DNA of 64,000 bases from Polyangiales bacterium (GCA_044229975.1 JBGARZ010000006.1:224001-288000), one strand, 5' to 3'; positions 30,390-40,706 are shown, counted from the stretch's first letter. Notes: generated from the sequence alone by a model not told the origin. Numbers and translations: made by a program.

Positions 30390-31496
30390 ATGCCGCGCAC
30401 GCTTGCCACACCGTCCCGATACCGTCAATCGCTGGGCCATCTGGTCTCCGTCATCGTGGCGTGCGTTGCATGCCGCGATCCAGATTCCGTCCAAGCCCCC
30501 GCGAACGCCCGTCACCCCGCGACCCCGTCGGCGCCCTTCGACGCTCGGCCCGCGGCGCGGCCCTCCCGCTTGGGTCCGCCGTTGCCCCGCTCGGCCTACG
30601 TCGACGCGGGCGCCCGCCCACAGAGCCGTGGCTTTCTAGGACTCGATGACTCGGCTCAGCTCGCGCGTCTCTGCCGCGCGCCCATCGAGCGCATCGAGCG
30701 CAACCGCGGCGGCAGCACGGTGTCGTTTCGCGTGTGGCTCACCGGCGGACAGCGCGCCCTCTTCAAGCCGCAGCAGCGCTCCGAGGTCGCCAACTTCCGC
30801 GCCGAGCTCGCGGCCTTCCGCATGAGCCGCCTCCTCGACCTCCACCGAACGCCCCCCGCCTGCGGCCGCCTCGTCCCGCGCGAGACCCTGCAACGTGCGG
30901 CCGACGCCTCGGGCGACACTGCCTTCTCGCAGCGCGTGATGACCGAGCTGCTCGGGCGCGTGGAGGAGGTTCCGGGCGCGATGCTGTTCTGGGTGCCGGG
31001 ATCGCTCGACCCGGTGCCGGGCGTCGATGGCTACGCGCAGCTTCTGGATGTGTCGCGGCCGCTCCCGCCCGAGAGCGTGAGCCTCGCCGCCGAGCTCTCT
31101 GCGCTGCTGCTCTTCGACTTCCTCAACGACAACGTCGACCGCTGGTCGGGCGGCAACGTGCTGCGCCAGCACACGGCCAACGGCGAGCCCCTCGCGCCGA
31201 TGCTCTTCATGGACAACGGCGCGTCGTTTAGCGCCATCAACGGCGGGCTCGGAGCGAGGCCCAGCGATCAGGCCGCCCGCCTCGAACACGTGCAGCGCTT
31301 CTCGCCGACGCTGCTGCGGTCGTTGCGCGGGCTGACGGCGGCGTCGATCCAGGCGGCCGTGGCCGAAGACCCGCTGGGGCCGTGCCTCTCCGAAGCACAG
31401 ATCCAGGCGGTGCTCGCGCGGCGCGATCGCATCGTCGCGCACGCCAACGAGGTGGCCGCGGCGCACCCGCAGGGGGACGTGTTCGCGTTCCCGTGA
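30390..31496 (+). CDS. Putative lipoprotein with an atypical (Fam20C/four-jointed/PI3K-like) kinase fold
   Basis: ALFKP, AELAAFRMSRLL, FDFLNDNVDR, FMDNG; hydrophobic N-terminus ending in VAC. Confidence 0.7.
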   Translation: MPRTLATPSRYRQSLGHLVSVIVACVACRDPDSVQAPANARHPATPSAPFDARPAARPSRLGPPLPRSAYVDAGARPQSRGFLGLDDSAQLARLCRAPIERIERNRGGSTVSFRVWLTGGQRALFKPQQRSEVANFRAELAAFRMSRLLDLHRTPPACGRLVPRETLQRAADASGDTAFSQRVMTELLGRVEEVPGAMLFWVPGSLDPVPGVDGYAQLLDVSRPLPPESVSLAAELSALLLFDFLNDNVDRWSGGNVLRQHTANGEPLAPMLFMDNGASFSAINGGLGARPSDQAARLEHVQRFSPTLLRSLRGLTAASIQAAVAEDPLGPCLSEAQIQAVLARRDRIVAHANEVAAAHPQGDVFAFP

Positions 31497-31536
31497 GCAT
31501 TGCGGAATTGGCTCGTGGGGCTACATAGTCTGGACG

Positions 31537-32712
31537 ATGTCCAATGCGCTGACCCTGGCTGAAGCACGACGAGCCTGGCGCGTTCGACAGCACCTCTCGA
31601 CCCCCTCCACACACTCTCTCCCCGACCTCGTCACCGCCGTCGGCGCCCTGCCCTGCCCGGCCGGTGCGTCGCCCACGCTCGCCCTCTTCGCCCGCGGCGC
31701 CATCGCCCACCGCGCCACCCTCGACGACGCCCTCTTCCGCGATCGATCGCTCGCGCTGGTGCCCGGTCCGCGCGGGCTCTCGTGGGTGGTGGCCGGCGTC
31801 AACGCCCCCGCGGTGCGTGCGTTTGCCGTCGCCGAACACGCCGCCCGCGAGGCCCGCCTCGCCGCCGCATGCGGGCTCTCGTCGCGCGATCTGCTCAGCG
31901 CGCGCGACGCCATCCGCGAGGCGCTCGCGAAGCCCCGCACCTCCGACGCCCTGCGCGATGCGCTGCCGCGTGATGTTCGCCGCGACCTCGGTGAGCCGGG
32001 CCGCCGCGCGGGCAGCACCACGCTCGCCGGGCTCGTGCTGCGTGGCATGTGGGCCGTCGGCGAGGTCGACCGCGAGCCCGTCGAAGGGCGCATCGATCGC
32101 GAGCCGTGGCGCTACCGGCTCGACCCGATGCCCAAGGTGGTTCCGCCTGCAGCGGAGGCCGTGCCGAAGCTGAGCCGCGAGTGGATCGCCGCGCACGCAC
32201 CGGTCACCGCGAAGAACTTCGCCGCTGCATTCGGCATCGCCAACAGTCGCGCGGTGGCGGCGCTCAAGCCGCTGAAGCTGAAGACCGTGACCATCGAAGG
32301 GCTGGCGGGCGAGTACATGGTTCCGGCGGACTTCGAGGTGCCACCCGAGCGCGTGGGGATGGCGGTGGACCTGTTGCCGGTGCGCGACCCATTGGTCGAC
32401 GCGAGCCCCGACCTCACGGGCTTGTGCCCGCCCGAGCAGGTGCGCGCGACGATGGGTCGGCACGGCGTCATCGCGCCGCTGGTGCTGGTCGACGGCGCGG
32501 TGGTCGGGACGTGGGCCTTCGACGGCGCGGCGTCGGACGTGCGGCTGCGCCCGCTGTCGCCGTGGGGCGCGGCAGAGGGTGCGCTCATCGAGTCGAAGGC
32601 GTCGGAGCTGGCGAGGTTCATCGCGAAGGAGCTCGAACAGCCTGCGCTGCACCTGGCGGCCGCGTCGCGAACCCCGCCGCCCCGCAGCGCGAGCGCCGAC
32701 CTGGAGCTGTAG
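31537..32712 (+). CDS. Winged-helix protein, AlkZ/YcaQ (HTH_42)-like
   Basis: N-terminal RQHL, LALFAR, LLPVRDP, VLVDGAVVGTW. Confidence 0.7.
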   Translation: MSNALTLAEARRAWRVRQHLSTPSTHSLPDLVTAVGALPCPAGASPTLALFARGAIAHRATLDDALFRDRSLALVPGPRGLSWVVAGVNAPAVRAFAVAEHAAREARLAAACGLSSRDLLSARDAIREALAKPRTSDALRDALPRDVRRDLGEPGRRAGSTTLAGLVLRGMWAVGEVDREPVEGRIDREPWRYRLDPMPKVVPPAAEAVPKLSREWIAAHAPVTAKNFAAAFGIANSRAVAALKPLKLKTVTIEGLAGEYMVPADFEVPPERVGMAVDLLPVRDPLVDASPDLTGLCPPEQVRATMGRHGVIAPLVLVDGAVVGTWAFDGAASDVRLRPLSPWGAAEGALIESKASELARFIAKELEQPALHLAAASRTPPPRSASADLEL

Positions 32713-32807
32713 TCGTTGGAGTCCGCGGGCGTGAGCGGTCGCGCGCCGCGCTGACGCTGCGGCGTGGGCTTCGATCCCGTTGCCATCGCTGATAGCTTCC
32801 GCCGCCT

Positions 32808-34640
32808 ATGCGCAACTGGTGGCGTGAAGGTCATTGGATCCCGGTGCTCGCGTGCGTCGCGCTCGTCGCGGCCTTCGTCGGCCCCACCGCGCGGCTCTGC
32901 ACCCTCGCGCCCGATGGCCAGCGCGTCTGCGAGTGGGTCACCCACCGCACCGGCTCCACCGACGACTGGCGCGCCTTCGCGGGCGCCTGGGAGGCCGCGC
33001 GCATCTCCCTCCGCGACTTCCACCAGTGGCCCTCGTGGAACCCCTACCACTGCGGCGGAGTCCCCCTCTATCAAGACCCGCAGACGGCTGTGCCGGGGGT
33101 GATGTTCCTGCTGACCTTCGGGTGGTTGCCCACGCCCGTCGGCATGAAGCTCTGGCTGTGGGTACACCTCCTCGTCGGCGCCCTCGGCGCGCGCGCGCTG
33201 CTCCGCCACCACGGCGCCAACATACCCGAGCAGGTACTCGGCGCCGCCCTCGTCGCCGCCTGCGGCTTCTGCTCGGAGCACTTCGGCGGCGGTCACCTCT
33301 CCTTCACGCCCTTCCTCTTCCTGCCGTGGGTGCTGCTCGGTCATCGCCGCGCGCTCACCGACGCCCGCTGGTCGGTGCTCACCGCCACCGTCCTCGCCTT
33401 CGCCGTCTGGGAAGGCGGAACCTATCCCGTCCCGCTCCTCTTCTTCGCCCTCGCGGTCGACACGCTGCTGCGCCTCAACGACCCCGCCGCGCGCCGCGCC
33501 CTCACCGTGTCGCTTCCACTCACCGGCGGACTCTTCGCGCTCATCTCCGCCGTGCGCCTCGTGCCCGTGCTGCTCTGGCTGCGCGAGCACCCGCGGCTCA
33601 TGCCCCTCGACGACTCCATGTCCGTCGCCGAGGTCGTTCTCGCCTGGACGGCCCGCGCCCACGAGCGCGCCTTCCCCGGCCACGTCTTCGTCTGGCCCGA
33701 GTACGGCGATTACATCGGCGCCCTCCCCGTCGCCCTCTTCGCGCTCGGCATCGTCGCCGCCCTCGCCCGCCGCGACTCCGGCGCCCGCGACCGCCGCGTC
33801 GACGTCGGCGTCGCCGTCGCGCTCATCTGGTGCGCCCTCGGCAACATCCCGGGCTTCTCGCTCTTCGGCCTGCTCCATGAGCTGCCGGTGTTTCGCTCAC
33901 TGCGGGTCCCGTCGCGCTTCCTCTACCCGGCGACGGTGCTCGTCGCGCTCGTCGCCGGACGCGCCCTCGCCGACGCCCGCGTGCTCCTCCGCGACCGCGG
34001 CGTGCGCCCCATGCTCCTCAAGGCCTTCGTCGCCATCGAGTGCGCCGTCGCGCTCGCGGTCTGCATCGACGTGGTGTCCGTCAACAGCCCGCGCCTCCAA
34101 CAGGGCGCCGACCCGCCGCTGCCCACGGGGCGCGCCTCCGCCGACTTCCTCCAGGAGGGCGGCCACGACTACTGGCGCTGGCCCACGTACCCCGTGCGCG
34201 GCGTCGGAACGCCCGTCTGCTACGTCGCCTTCGACTGGACGCCCGCTCCGCAGCTCCGCATCGGCGCCGTCCCGCAGCAGCTCGTCGAGCCCGCTGACGC
34301 CGGCTCCGTGCGCTCGCTCGCGTGGTCGCCCAACGAGCTGCGCTTCGACGTCGAGCTCTCCCGCCCCGCCGCCCTCGTCATCAACCAGAACACCGACTCC
34401 GGCTGGGACACCTCCCTCGGGACCATCAACCGGACGCAGCCCATCCTCACCGTCGACCTGCCCGCGGGTCACCACACCGTCACGGTCACGCACTCCGTCC
34501 GCGGCCTCGCGGTCGGCACCCTGCTTACCTTGCTGGGTATTGCGGCGTCGGTCTGGATCATCCGCCGCGCGACGCCCGAGCGCATCGAGGCGTGGCGCGA
34601 CAGGGCTACCCGGCGGCTGCTCGGTCCGCCGTCAACGTGA
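32808..34640 (+). CDS. Polytopic membrane protein, YfhO/GT-C-like
   Basis: PSWNPYHCGGVP, SLRVPSRF, many TM segments, C-terminal NQNTDSGW...LPAGHHTV. Confidence 0.75.
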   Translation: MRNWWREGHWIPVLACVALVAAFVGPTARLCTLAPDGQRVCEWVTHRTGSTDDWRAFAGAWEAARISLRDFHQWPSWNPYHCGGVPLYQDPQTAVPGVMFLLTFGWLPTPVGMKLWLWVHLLVGALGARALLRHHGANIPEQVLGAALVAACGFCSEHFGGGHLSFTPFLFLPWVLLGHRRALTDARWSVLTATVLAFAVWEGGTYPVPLLFFALAVDTLLRLNDPAARRALTVSLPLTGGLFALISAVRLVPVLLWLREHPRLMPLDDSMSVAEVVLAWTARAHERAFPGHVFVWPEYGDYIGALPVALFALGIVAALARRDSGARDRRVDVGVAVALIWCALGNIPGFSLFGLLHELPVFRSLRVPSRFLYPATVLVALVAGRALADARVLLRDRGVRPMLLKAFVAIECAVALAVCIDVVSVNSPRLQQGADPPLPTGRASADFLQEGGHDYWRWPTYPVRGVGTPVCYVAFDWTPAPQLRIGAVPQQLVEPADAGSVRSLAWSPNELRFDVELSRPAALVINQNTDSGWDTSLGTINRTQPILTVDLPAGHHTVTVTHSVRGLAVGTLLTLLGIAASVWIIRRATPERIEAWRDRATRRLLGPPST

Positions 34641-34700
34641 CTGCGCCCTGCTGTTGATGCCCTCCTCCTCATCCATGCAGTCGTTGAATCTGTCCGTCGA

Positions 34701-35119
34701 CCTTCGCCCGCAGGTTGAAACCCTTTCGTTTCTACCCATCGTTGGCGCCCGCTTCGGAGCGCCCACTGCGCGGTTGCGGACGGCCCGCGAGCGGGCCTGC
34801 AACCGCTGAAGTGGGAGCCTGGAGCTGGGCGTCCCGCCGTCGCGGGACTTCCTGCATGCGCGCCGGTCGCTGGGGCGACCGTCGAGAGGGTGAAGGAGGT
34901 CCTCTCCAAGCCGTTCCGCGAGCCCCTACCTCCACTCGTCGAGCGCGGCGCGCTCGGCGCTCCGACAGGAAGTCCCGCGACGGCGGGACGTCCATCTCCA
35001 GGCTCCCACTTCAGCGGTTGCAGGCCCGCTCGCGGGCCGTCCGCAACCGCGCAGTGGGCGCTCCGAAGCGGGCGCCAACGATGGGTAGAAACGAAAGGGT
35101 TTCAACCTGCGGGCGAAGG
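34701..35119. repeat. Long inverted repeat: 154-bp arms around a 111-bp spacer (REPIN/MITE-like)
   Basis: 34701-34854 is the reverse complement of 34966-35119, with 2 mismatches by eye. Confidence 0.93.
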
Positions 35120-35148
35120 CAACTGGACAGAATTTCTTGCCGCGTGGG

Positions 35149-36699
35149 TCACACCCGCGCGTAGCGGCCGGGGGACACCACGCCGTTGGGGTCGAGCGCC
35201 GATTTGATGCGCGCGACGACGTCGAAGCGCTCGGGCTCGCGCGCGACGAGCGACGCCATGCGGTCGACGGCCACGCGGTACGGCGCAAACCCGGCGCGGT
35301 CCATCCCCTCCCAGAGCGCGGCCTCGGCGCGCTCGGCGCGGTCCACGTCGGCGGGGTCGTCGCGGCGAAACGGGATCGTGATGAGCGCCCGTCCATCGCC
35401 GTAGATCGACGGCTTCACCGCGACGCCGTGCGAGCGCGCCGCCTCGATCACCCGCTCGAACGCGCGGACGTGGCGCGGCGAGAAGGGGATCACGCTCACC
35501 AGCGACTTCATCCCGAAGGGGGGAGCGTCGGCGTCGAGGGCGCGCGGGTCTTCGGGAACCGGCGTGCCGGTCATCTGGTAGATGGTCTTGATGGTCTCGG
35601 CGTCGGGCGTTCCGCGCACCAGCTTCAGCAGCGGGAGCAGCGCGGGCGGCAGGTCGCGCTCGGCGTCGCGGCCCGACTGGTGGTCGTAGGCACCCGACGT
35701 CGTGCAGAGCGGCGCCATCGCTTCGACGATCTCCTGCGCGATCGCGTCCGCCGTCCGCCCCGTTCCGCCGATGAACGCGTAGAACAACCACCCCGCCGAC
35801 TCCTCGGTCGCCGCCGCGCCGTCGTGGGAGTCCCGCGCGTGCACGAAGCGGTTGCTGTACCCGAGCTGCACGGCGTCGAGAGGAAACACCCCCTGCTGAC
35901 CGAGCGAGCGCAGCGCCGTCACCGCGTCCTCCAGGCGCTCGTCGCGAACGATGCCCCACACGAGGTACGTCCGCTGCGGCTTGCGGAGCAGCTTGAACGC
36001 GAGCTGCGTGACCACGCCGAAGTTCGACTGCGTGAACAGCGCCGCGAGGTCGGGCCCCGCGGTGTGCCGCGCGTGGTGGCTCGGCTCGCCGGTGCCGACG
36101 TTTGCCCAGACGCCGCCCGCCTCGAAGGGCGCGCCGCTGCCCAGCACACCGCGGACACCCAGCAGGTCGTGGACCCGCGCGCGCATGCCGTCACCGCGTT
36201 CGAGCGTGTTGCCCGAGACGCTCGTGAACGCGAACGACCCGGTGAAGTTCATGGTGAGCGACGGGTGGTGCTCGCGGAGGTGCGCGGCGAGCTGACCCTG
36301 CGTGACGCCCGGCTCGATGACCGCGTAGCCGAACTCCTCGTTGACCTCCACGATGCGTGTAAGGCGCGACAGGTCGACGACGGCGCAACCGTCGGTCACC
36401 GGGAGCTTCGAGCCGAGGCCCCAGTTGCGGCCGGTGCTGAAGGGGTAGAGCGCGACGCGGTGCTCGTTGGCGACCGCTACGATGCGCCGCACCTCGTCCT
36501 CGGTGCGCGGGACCAGCACGACCGGCACGGCGCGCGACAGGGCCGTCACGTTGCGAAGGTAGCGGCGCTCGATGACGGCCGCGTCGCTCAGCACGACGTC
36601 CGGCGAGACGGCGTCGGCGAACAGCGCGGCGACGTCGCGCGGCGGGCTCTCGGTGGAAGACGAAGACATGCTGAACGCGACGGGCGTCTCGGGTGGCAT
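35149..36699 (-). CDS. FAD-binding oxidoreductase, VAO/p-cresol methylhydroxylase family
   Basis: YPFSTGRNWGLGS, IEPGVTQ, GNTLERG, QSNFGVVT, ALDPNGVVSPGRY. Confidence 0.9.
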   Translation of the reverse strand: MPPETPVAFSMSSSSTESPPRDVAALFADAVSPDVVLSDAAVIERRYLRNVTALSRAVPVVLVPRTEDEVRRIVAVANEHRVALYPFSTGRNWGLGSKLPVTDGCAVVDLSRLTRIVEVNEEFGYAVIEPGVTQGQLAAHLREHHPSLTMNFTGSFAFTSVSGNTLERGDGMRARVHDLLGVRGVLGSGAPFEAGGVWANVGTGEPSHHARHTAGPDLAALFTQSNFGVVTQLAFKLLRKPQRTYLVWGIVRDERLEDAVTALRSLGQQGVFPLDAVQLGYSNRFVHARDSHDGAAATEESAGWLFYAFIGGTGRTADAIAQEIVEAMAPLCTTSGAYDHQSGRDAERDLPPALLPLLKLVRGTPDAETIKTIYQMTGTPVPEDPRALDADAPPFGMKSLVSVIPFSPRHVRAFERVIEAARSHGVAVKPSIYGDGRALITIPFRRDDPADVDRAERAEAALWEGMDRAGFAPYRVAVDRMASLVAREPERFDVVARIKSALDPNGVVSPGRYARV

Positions 36700-36721
36700 C
36701 GGGGATTCCTGTGCTCGGTGT

Positions 36722-37189
36722 TCAGTGGCAGAGCGCGAAGTACGCGGCGCGCCCGGCCATGTAGACGATGATGAGAGAGCCCGGCGTCCACAGCATCGCG
36801 CGGGTGTCGTGGGTGCGCGCCGTGAAGTACGCCGCGAAGTGCAGCAGACGCGTCACCACGTAGGCGCCGAAGAGGCAGCGCGCGAGCAGCAGCGAGGGGC
36901 TGGTGAGGACGAAGAGGAAGCCCGCGGCGAGGAAGAACGGGATGTTCTCCAGGTCGTTGCCGTGGATGCGCCGGATGCGATCGACGTCGGCGTTGGGGTC
37001 GAGCTGCTTCGGGTCGGGGTTGGGGTTGAAGGGCGTCTTCAGGAGGTCTTCGGGGTTGCGGTAGCCGCCGTTGGCCTTGAGCATCCGGGCGACCGTGAGC
37101 CACGACATGCTCACGACCTTCAGGATCATGATCGCGGCCGCGAGGGCGTACGCGGCGAAGACCGGGTTCTGGAGATTCAACTGGTTCAT
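36722..37189 (-). CDS. MAPEG family protein (microsomal GST-like)
   Basis: NPED, VDRIRRIHGNDLENIPFF, RLLH. Confidence 0.92.
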   Translation of the reverse strand: MNQLNLQNPVFAAYALAAAIMILKVVSMSWLTVARMLKANGGYRNPEDLLKTPFNPNPDPKQLDPNADVDRIRRIHGNDLENIPFFLAAGFLFVLTSPSLLLARCLFGAYVVTRLLHFAAYFTARTHDTRAMLWTPGSLIIVYMAGRAAYFALCH

Positions 37190-37207
37190 GGCGGGCTCCT
37201 CGTCGGG

Positions 37208-37927
37208 TCAGGCGCGGGCGAGCATCGCTTCGTAGGCGTCGGCCAGGCGCAGCAGTGACTCGCCGCAGCGGTGGGTGCCCGACGAGCCGTGCATGGGCGC
37301 GAGCATCCGGGGCTCCAGCGCGGCGAGGCGGCGGATGGTCGGGCCCGTCGCGCTCGACAGCGCCGTCGCGTGGAAGATGGCTTCGGTGGCGAGCGCGGGC
37401 CCGACGAGGTCGTCGCCGGTGACGGCGGGGCCGTCGCCCACCTGCGCGAAGAGGTCGCCGCAGAAGAGGGTGCCGGTGGTCTCCTCGAAGAGCACGCGAG
37501 ACTCCCAGTTGTGCGGGACGTGGGGCGTGTCGAGGTGGCGCACGCGCTTGCCACCGAGGTCGATGACTTCTCCATCGGCGAGGCGGCGGGGCGCGCGGTC
37601 GCAGAGGTCGTCGAGGGAGACCATGCAGCCGAGCGCGCCGTGCGCGACCTCGGCGTGGGGCGCGGCGGCGAGCAGCTCGTTCATCGCTCCGCACTCGTCG
37701 GACTCGACGTGGCCGAACGCGATGTAGCGCAGGCTCGCCAGCGGCACGACCCGCGCGATGGCCGCCGACACCAGCGGGAACATCCGCCGCGGACCCGTGT
37801 GGAAGAGCAGCGGCTGCTCGGCCTTGATGAGGAACTGGTTGAACGTGAACCCGCCCGGCGCCGCCTCGGGCACGCAGGTGGAGAAGCGGTAGATGCCGTC
37901 GGCGATCTCGTGGGTGAGCGTGTTCAT
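37208..37927 (-). CDS. Metallo-beta-lactamase-fold protein (stand-alone FprA/ODP-like)
   Basis: FNQFLI, HVESDECG, TPHVPHNW, LFCGDLF, PMHG. Confidence 0.88.
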   Translation of the reverse strand: MNTLTHEIADGIYRFSTCVPEAAPGGFTFNQFLIKAEQPLLFHTGPRRMFPLVSAAIARVVPLASLRYIAFGHVESDECGAMNELLAAAPHAEVAHGALGCMVSLDDLCDRAPRRLADGEVIDLGGKRVRHLDTPHVPHNWESRVLFEETTGTLFCGDLFAQVGDGPAVTGDDLVGPALATEAIFHATALSSATGPTIRRLAALEPRMLAPMHGSSGTHRCGESLLRLADAYEAMLARA

Positions 37928-37991
37928 GGTGCGTCCCTGTTCGACGTAGGCCCCTGATGACCCGTCGACGAGCCATCTCTAACACCATATT

Positions 37992-38024
37992 TGAACGTTG
38001 GTAGAAAAATACTACCGACGGTCC
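37992..38024. promoter_or_regulatory. Probable TetR operator(s) in the divergent promoter
   Basis: GGTAG-N7-CTACC (38000-38016) and palindromic ACCGACGGT (38014-38022). Confidence 0.55.
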
Positions 38025-38054
38025 ACTTTAGGGAGGTCGTGATAGAAAGAGGGC

Positions 38055-38783
38055 GTGAAGAAGACCGCGAAGCCCGCCGCTGCCCCCCGCGCCACGAAGC
38101 CTGCGAAGCCCGCGAAGCCCGCGCCTGCTCCCGTCGAGGCCGAGGCGTCGCCGCGGGTTGCGCGGCGCGAACGGCGGCGCGAGCGCTCGCGGGAGGAGAT
38201 CGTGACCGCGGCGCGGCGGGTGCTGCTCCAGAAGGGCCTGGCGGCGACGACGCTCGACGCGATCGCGAGCGAGGTCGGGCTCACCAAGGCGGCGCTCTAC
38301 TACTACTACCCCTCGAAGGACGCGCTCTTCTTCGAGATCATGTACGGCGCCGTGGAGGCGCAGGCGCGCGCGGTCCACGCGGGGGTCGAGCGGTCCGCGA
38401 CCGGGGGCCAGGCGCTGGGCGCCATCGTGCGGGAGATGGTGCACACCTTCGCGCCGCGGCTCGACGACTTCCGCGTGGTGTTCTTGCTGGGCCAGGTCGC
38501 GCCCGGCGCGGTGCGCCTCGGCGCGGAGCAGCTCGCCCGGCTCCGGCCGCTCAACGACCTCGCGTACGGGGGCGCCGCCCGGCGGCTCGCCGAGGAGTGG
38601 GCCACCCGGCGCGGGCGCGCGAAGGTCGAGCCGCGCAAGATGGCGTTCCTCGCGTCGCTCGCGGCCATCGGGCTGCTCACCATGAAGGGCCTCGTCGAGA
38701 GCTTCGGCGACCCGCTCATGTACTCCGACGACGAGCTCGTCGACGGCTTCGCGCGCCTGTTCGAGGCCGCCGCGGAGCCGTAG
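38055..38783 (+). CDS. TetR/AcrR family transcriptional regulator
   Basis: TTLDAIASEVGLTKAALYYYYPSKDAL HTH. Confidence 0.95.
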   Translation: MKKTAKPAAAPRATKPAKPAKPAPAPVEAEASPRVARRERRRERSREEIVTAARRVLLQKGLAATTLDAIASEVGLTKAALYYYYPSKDALFFEIMYGAVEAQARAVHAGVERSATGGQALGAIVREMVHTFAPRLDDFRVVFLLGQVAPGAVRLGAEQLARLRPLNDLAYGGAARRLAEEWATRRGRAKVEPRKMAFLASLAAIGLLTMKGLVESFGDPLMYSDDELVDGFARLFEAAAEP

Positions 38784-38804
38784 ACCGCCGCGGTGGGGTT
38801 TCTA

Positions 38805-38825
38805 ATTTCAACCGTCGGTTGAAAT
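38805..38825. promoter_or_regulatory. Perfect 21-bp palindrome, operator-like
   Basis: ATTTCAACCG-T-CGGTTGAAAT directly upstream of the decarboxylase gene. Confidence 0.65.
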
Positions 38826-38907
38826 ATTGTTGTCGGGGATGAATCACGGCGTTAGGGTCGTCGGAGTCGGGCGAACAGTGACGCCCGGCGAGGAGCCAGC
38901 ACCCCCG

Positions 38908-40702
38908 ATGAACACCCGCGCGAACGAGACCGCCCCGATGACCCGCTCGCTCCCCTCCACGCAGGGTCGTAGCGTCTCGGCGACCCACCTCCGTGTTGTC
39001 GCGACGGCTCCCGCTCTTCGGCGCGAAGCAGACGAACCCGTCAAGGCCGCGTGGGTCCCCGGGCAGCGCTTCGCCCCGGCGCTCTCGGTCGCGATCCTCC
39101 AGACGCGCTGGCTCGAGACCTACGCCACGCCCTGCCACGCGCACGGCAGCGCGTTCTAGTCGGCGGCCCGAGCGACGCGCCATGACCCCCGAAGCCGACC
39201 TCACCGCGCTCACCCGCTGCCTCCAGGTCACGTCCGATTCGCTGCGCTCGCCCAAGGTCCGGCGCGACCTCCGCAGCGTTACCGAGCGCGACGCCGCCGC
39301 GCTGCGCCGCGCGATCCTGCGGCTCACGGCCTTCCTCGACGACTCCATCAGCAACCCCCACCTCGGCTCGCTCTTCGACCGCACCGCGAGCGACCCCCTC
39401 AACGCCCTGGCCGACGCGCTCGCGTCCGCGTACGGCGTCGCGAAGACCTATCCCGGCACCACGGGCACCACCGGGCTCAACGCGCCTGCCGTGATGACGC
39501 TCGCGGGCGAAGGCGAGTCCATCGCCGTCGCGCGCGACTGCCACGTCTCCGTCATCGGCGGGCTCTGCCTCTCGGGCGCCGAGCCGCTGTACCTCACACC
39601 ACCCTTCGACGCCGATCGCGGCGTGATGCTGCCGCCGACCGCCGCCGAGGTCGCCGCGTTGCTCGACGGCCACCCCGCCGTGCGCGCCCTCGTCGTGACG
39701 ATGCCGACCTATCACGGCCTCATGGGAGACGTGGCGGGCATCGTGCGCGAGTGCCATCGGCGCGGCGTGCGCGTGATGGTCGACGAGGCCCACGGCCCGC
39801 ACTTCCGTTTCTTGCGAACCATCGGCTTCCCGCTGTGCGCCGAAGACGCCGGGGCCGACGTGGTCACGCAGTCGACGCACAAGGTGCTGTCGGCGCTCAA
39901 CCAGGCATCGCTGCTCCACTTCAACGACGCCGGTCTCGCGCGGCGCTACGAGGAGTGCCAGGCGATGGGGTTCCAGTCGACGTCGTTCTCGTACCCGCTG
40001 CTGCTCTCCATCGAGCAGGCGATCGAGCAGATGACCGACGGGGGCGCAGCCCGGTGGCGCGACGCGGCCGCGCTCGCCCGGCGGTTGCGCGACGGGGCTC
40101 GCGGCATCGCGGGCGTCACCGTGCTCGACGAGACGGTGGTCGACGGCGAGCGGGTCATGGGCGTCGACCCCACGCGCGTCACCCTCAACCTCCGCGCGAC
40201 GGGGCACAGCGGGTACGCGGTGAGCGACGCCATCACCCGGCGCGGCGCCCTCGTCGAGATGGTCACCGCCGACGTGGTGTTGTTCCTGGTGAGCCCGAGC
40301 GTGACGGCCGCGCAGGTCGACGCGACCCTCGACGACCTGCGCGCGGTGTTGCGCGAGCCCGCGTCTGCGCACCGCGGCCCGCGCCTCACGACGCCGCCGC
40401 TGCCCGAGCGTGTGATGTCGCCGCGGCGGGCCGTGATGTCGCTGTCGCGCGAGCGGGTTCCACGGCGCGCGGCCATCGGGCGGGTCTGCGCGGAGACGAT
40501 CGGGGCGTACCCGCCGGGGCAGGCGATCTTCGTCGCGGGCGAGCGCGTGCACGCCGAGGGCGTCGACTACCTCGAACGCGTGGTGGCCGCGGGCGGTCAC
40601 CTGAAGCGCGTGCAGGACGACCACTTCGAGACCATCGAGGTCGTCCGCGAGGCGGGTCCACGTCCGTTCTCGTCGCGGTCGCGCTTGCAGGCGGTGCGCT
40701 GA
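38908..40702 (+). CDS. PLP-dependent Orn/Lys/Arg decarboxylase (fold type I), split by a +1 frameshift near 39157; recoded gene or pseudogene; start uncertain
   Basis: Frame 1 ends YATPCHAHGSAF-TAG. Frame 2 continues SRRP...DDSISNPHLGSLFD, TGTT, RDCHVS, PTYHG, VDEAHG, TQSTHK, STSFSY, YPPG. Confidence 0.85.
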
Positions 40703-40706
40703 GGCC

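Noticed and set aside
34469..35207. ORFs across the inverted repeat that share peptide sequence
   Set aside because: The shared sequence is a by-product of the DNA inverted repeat; no transposase motifs.
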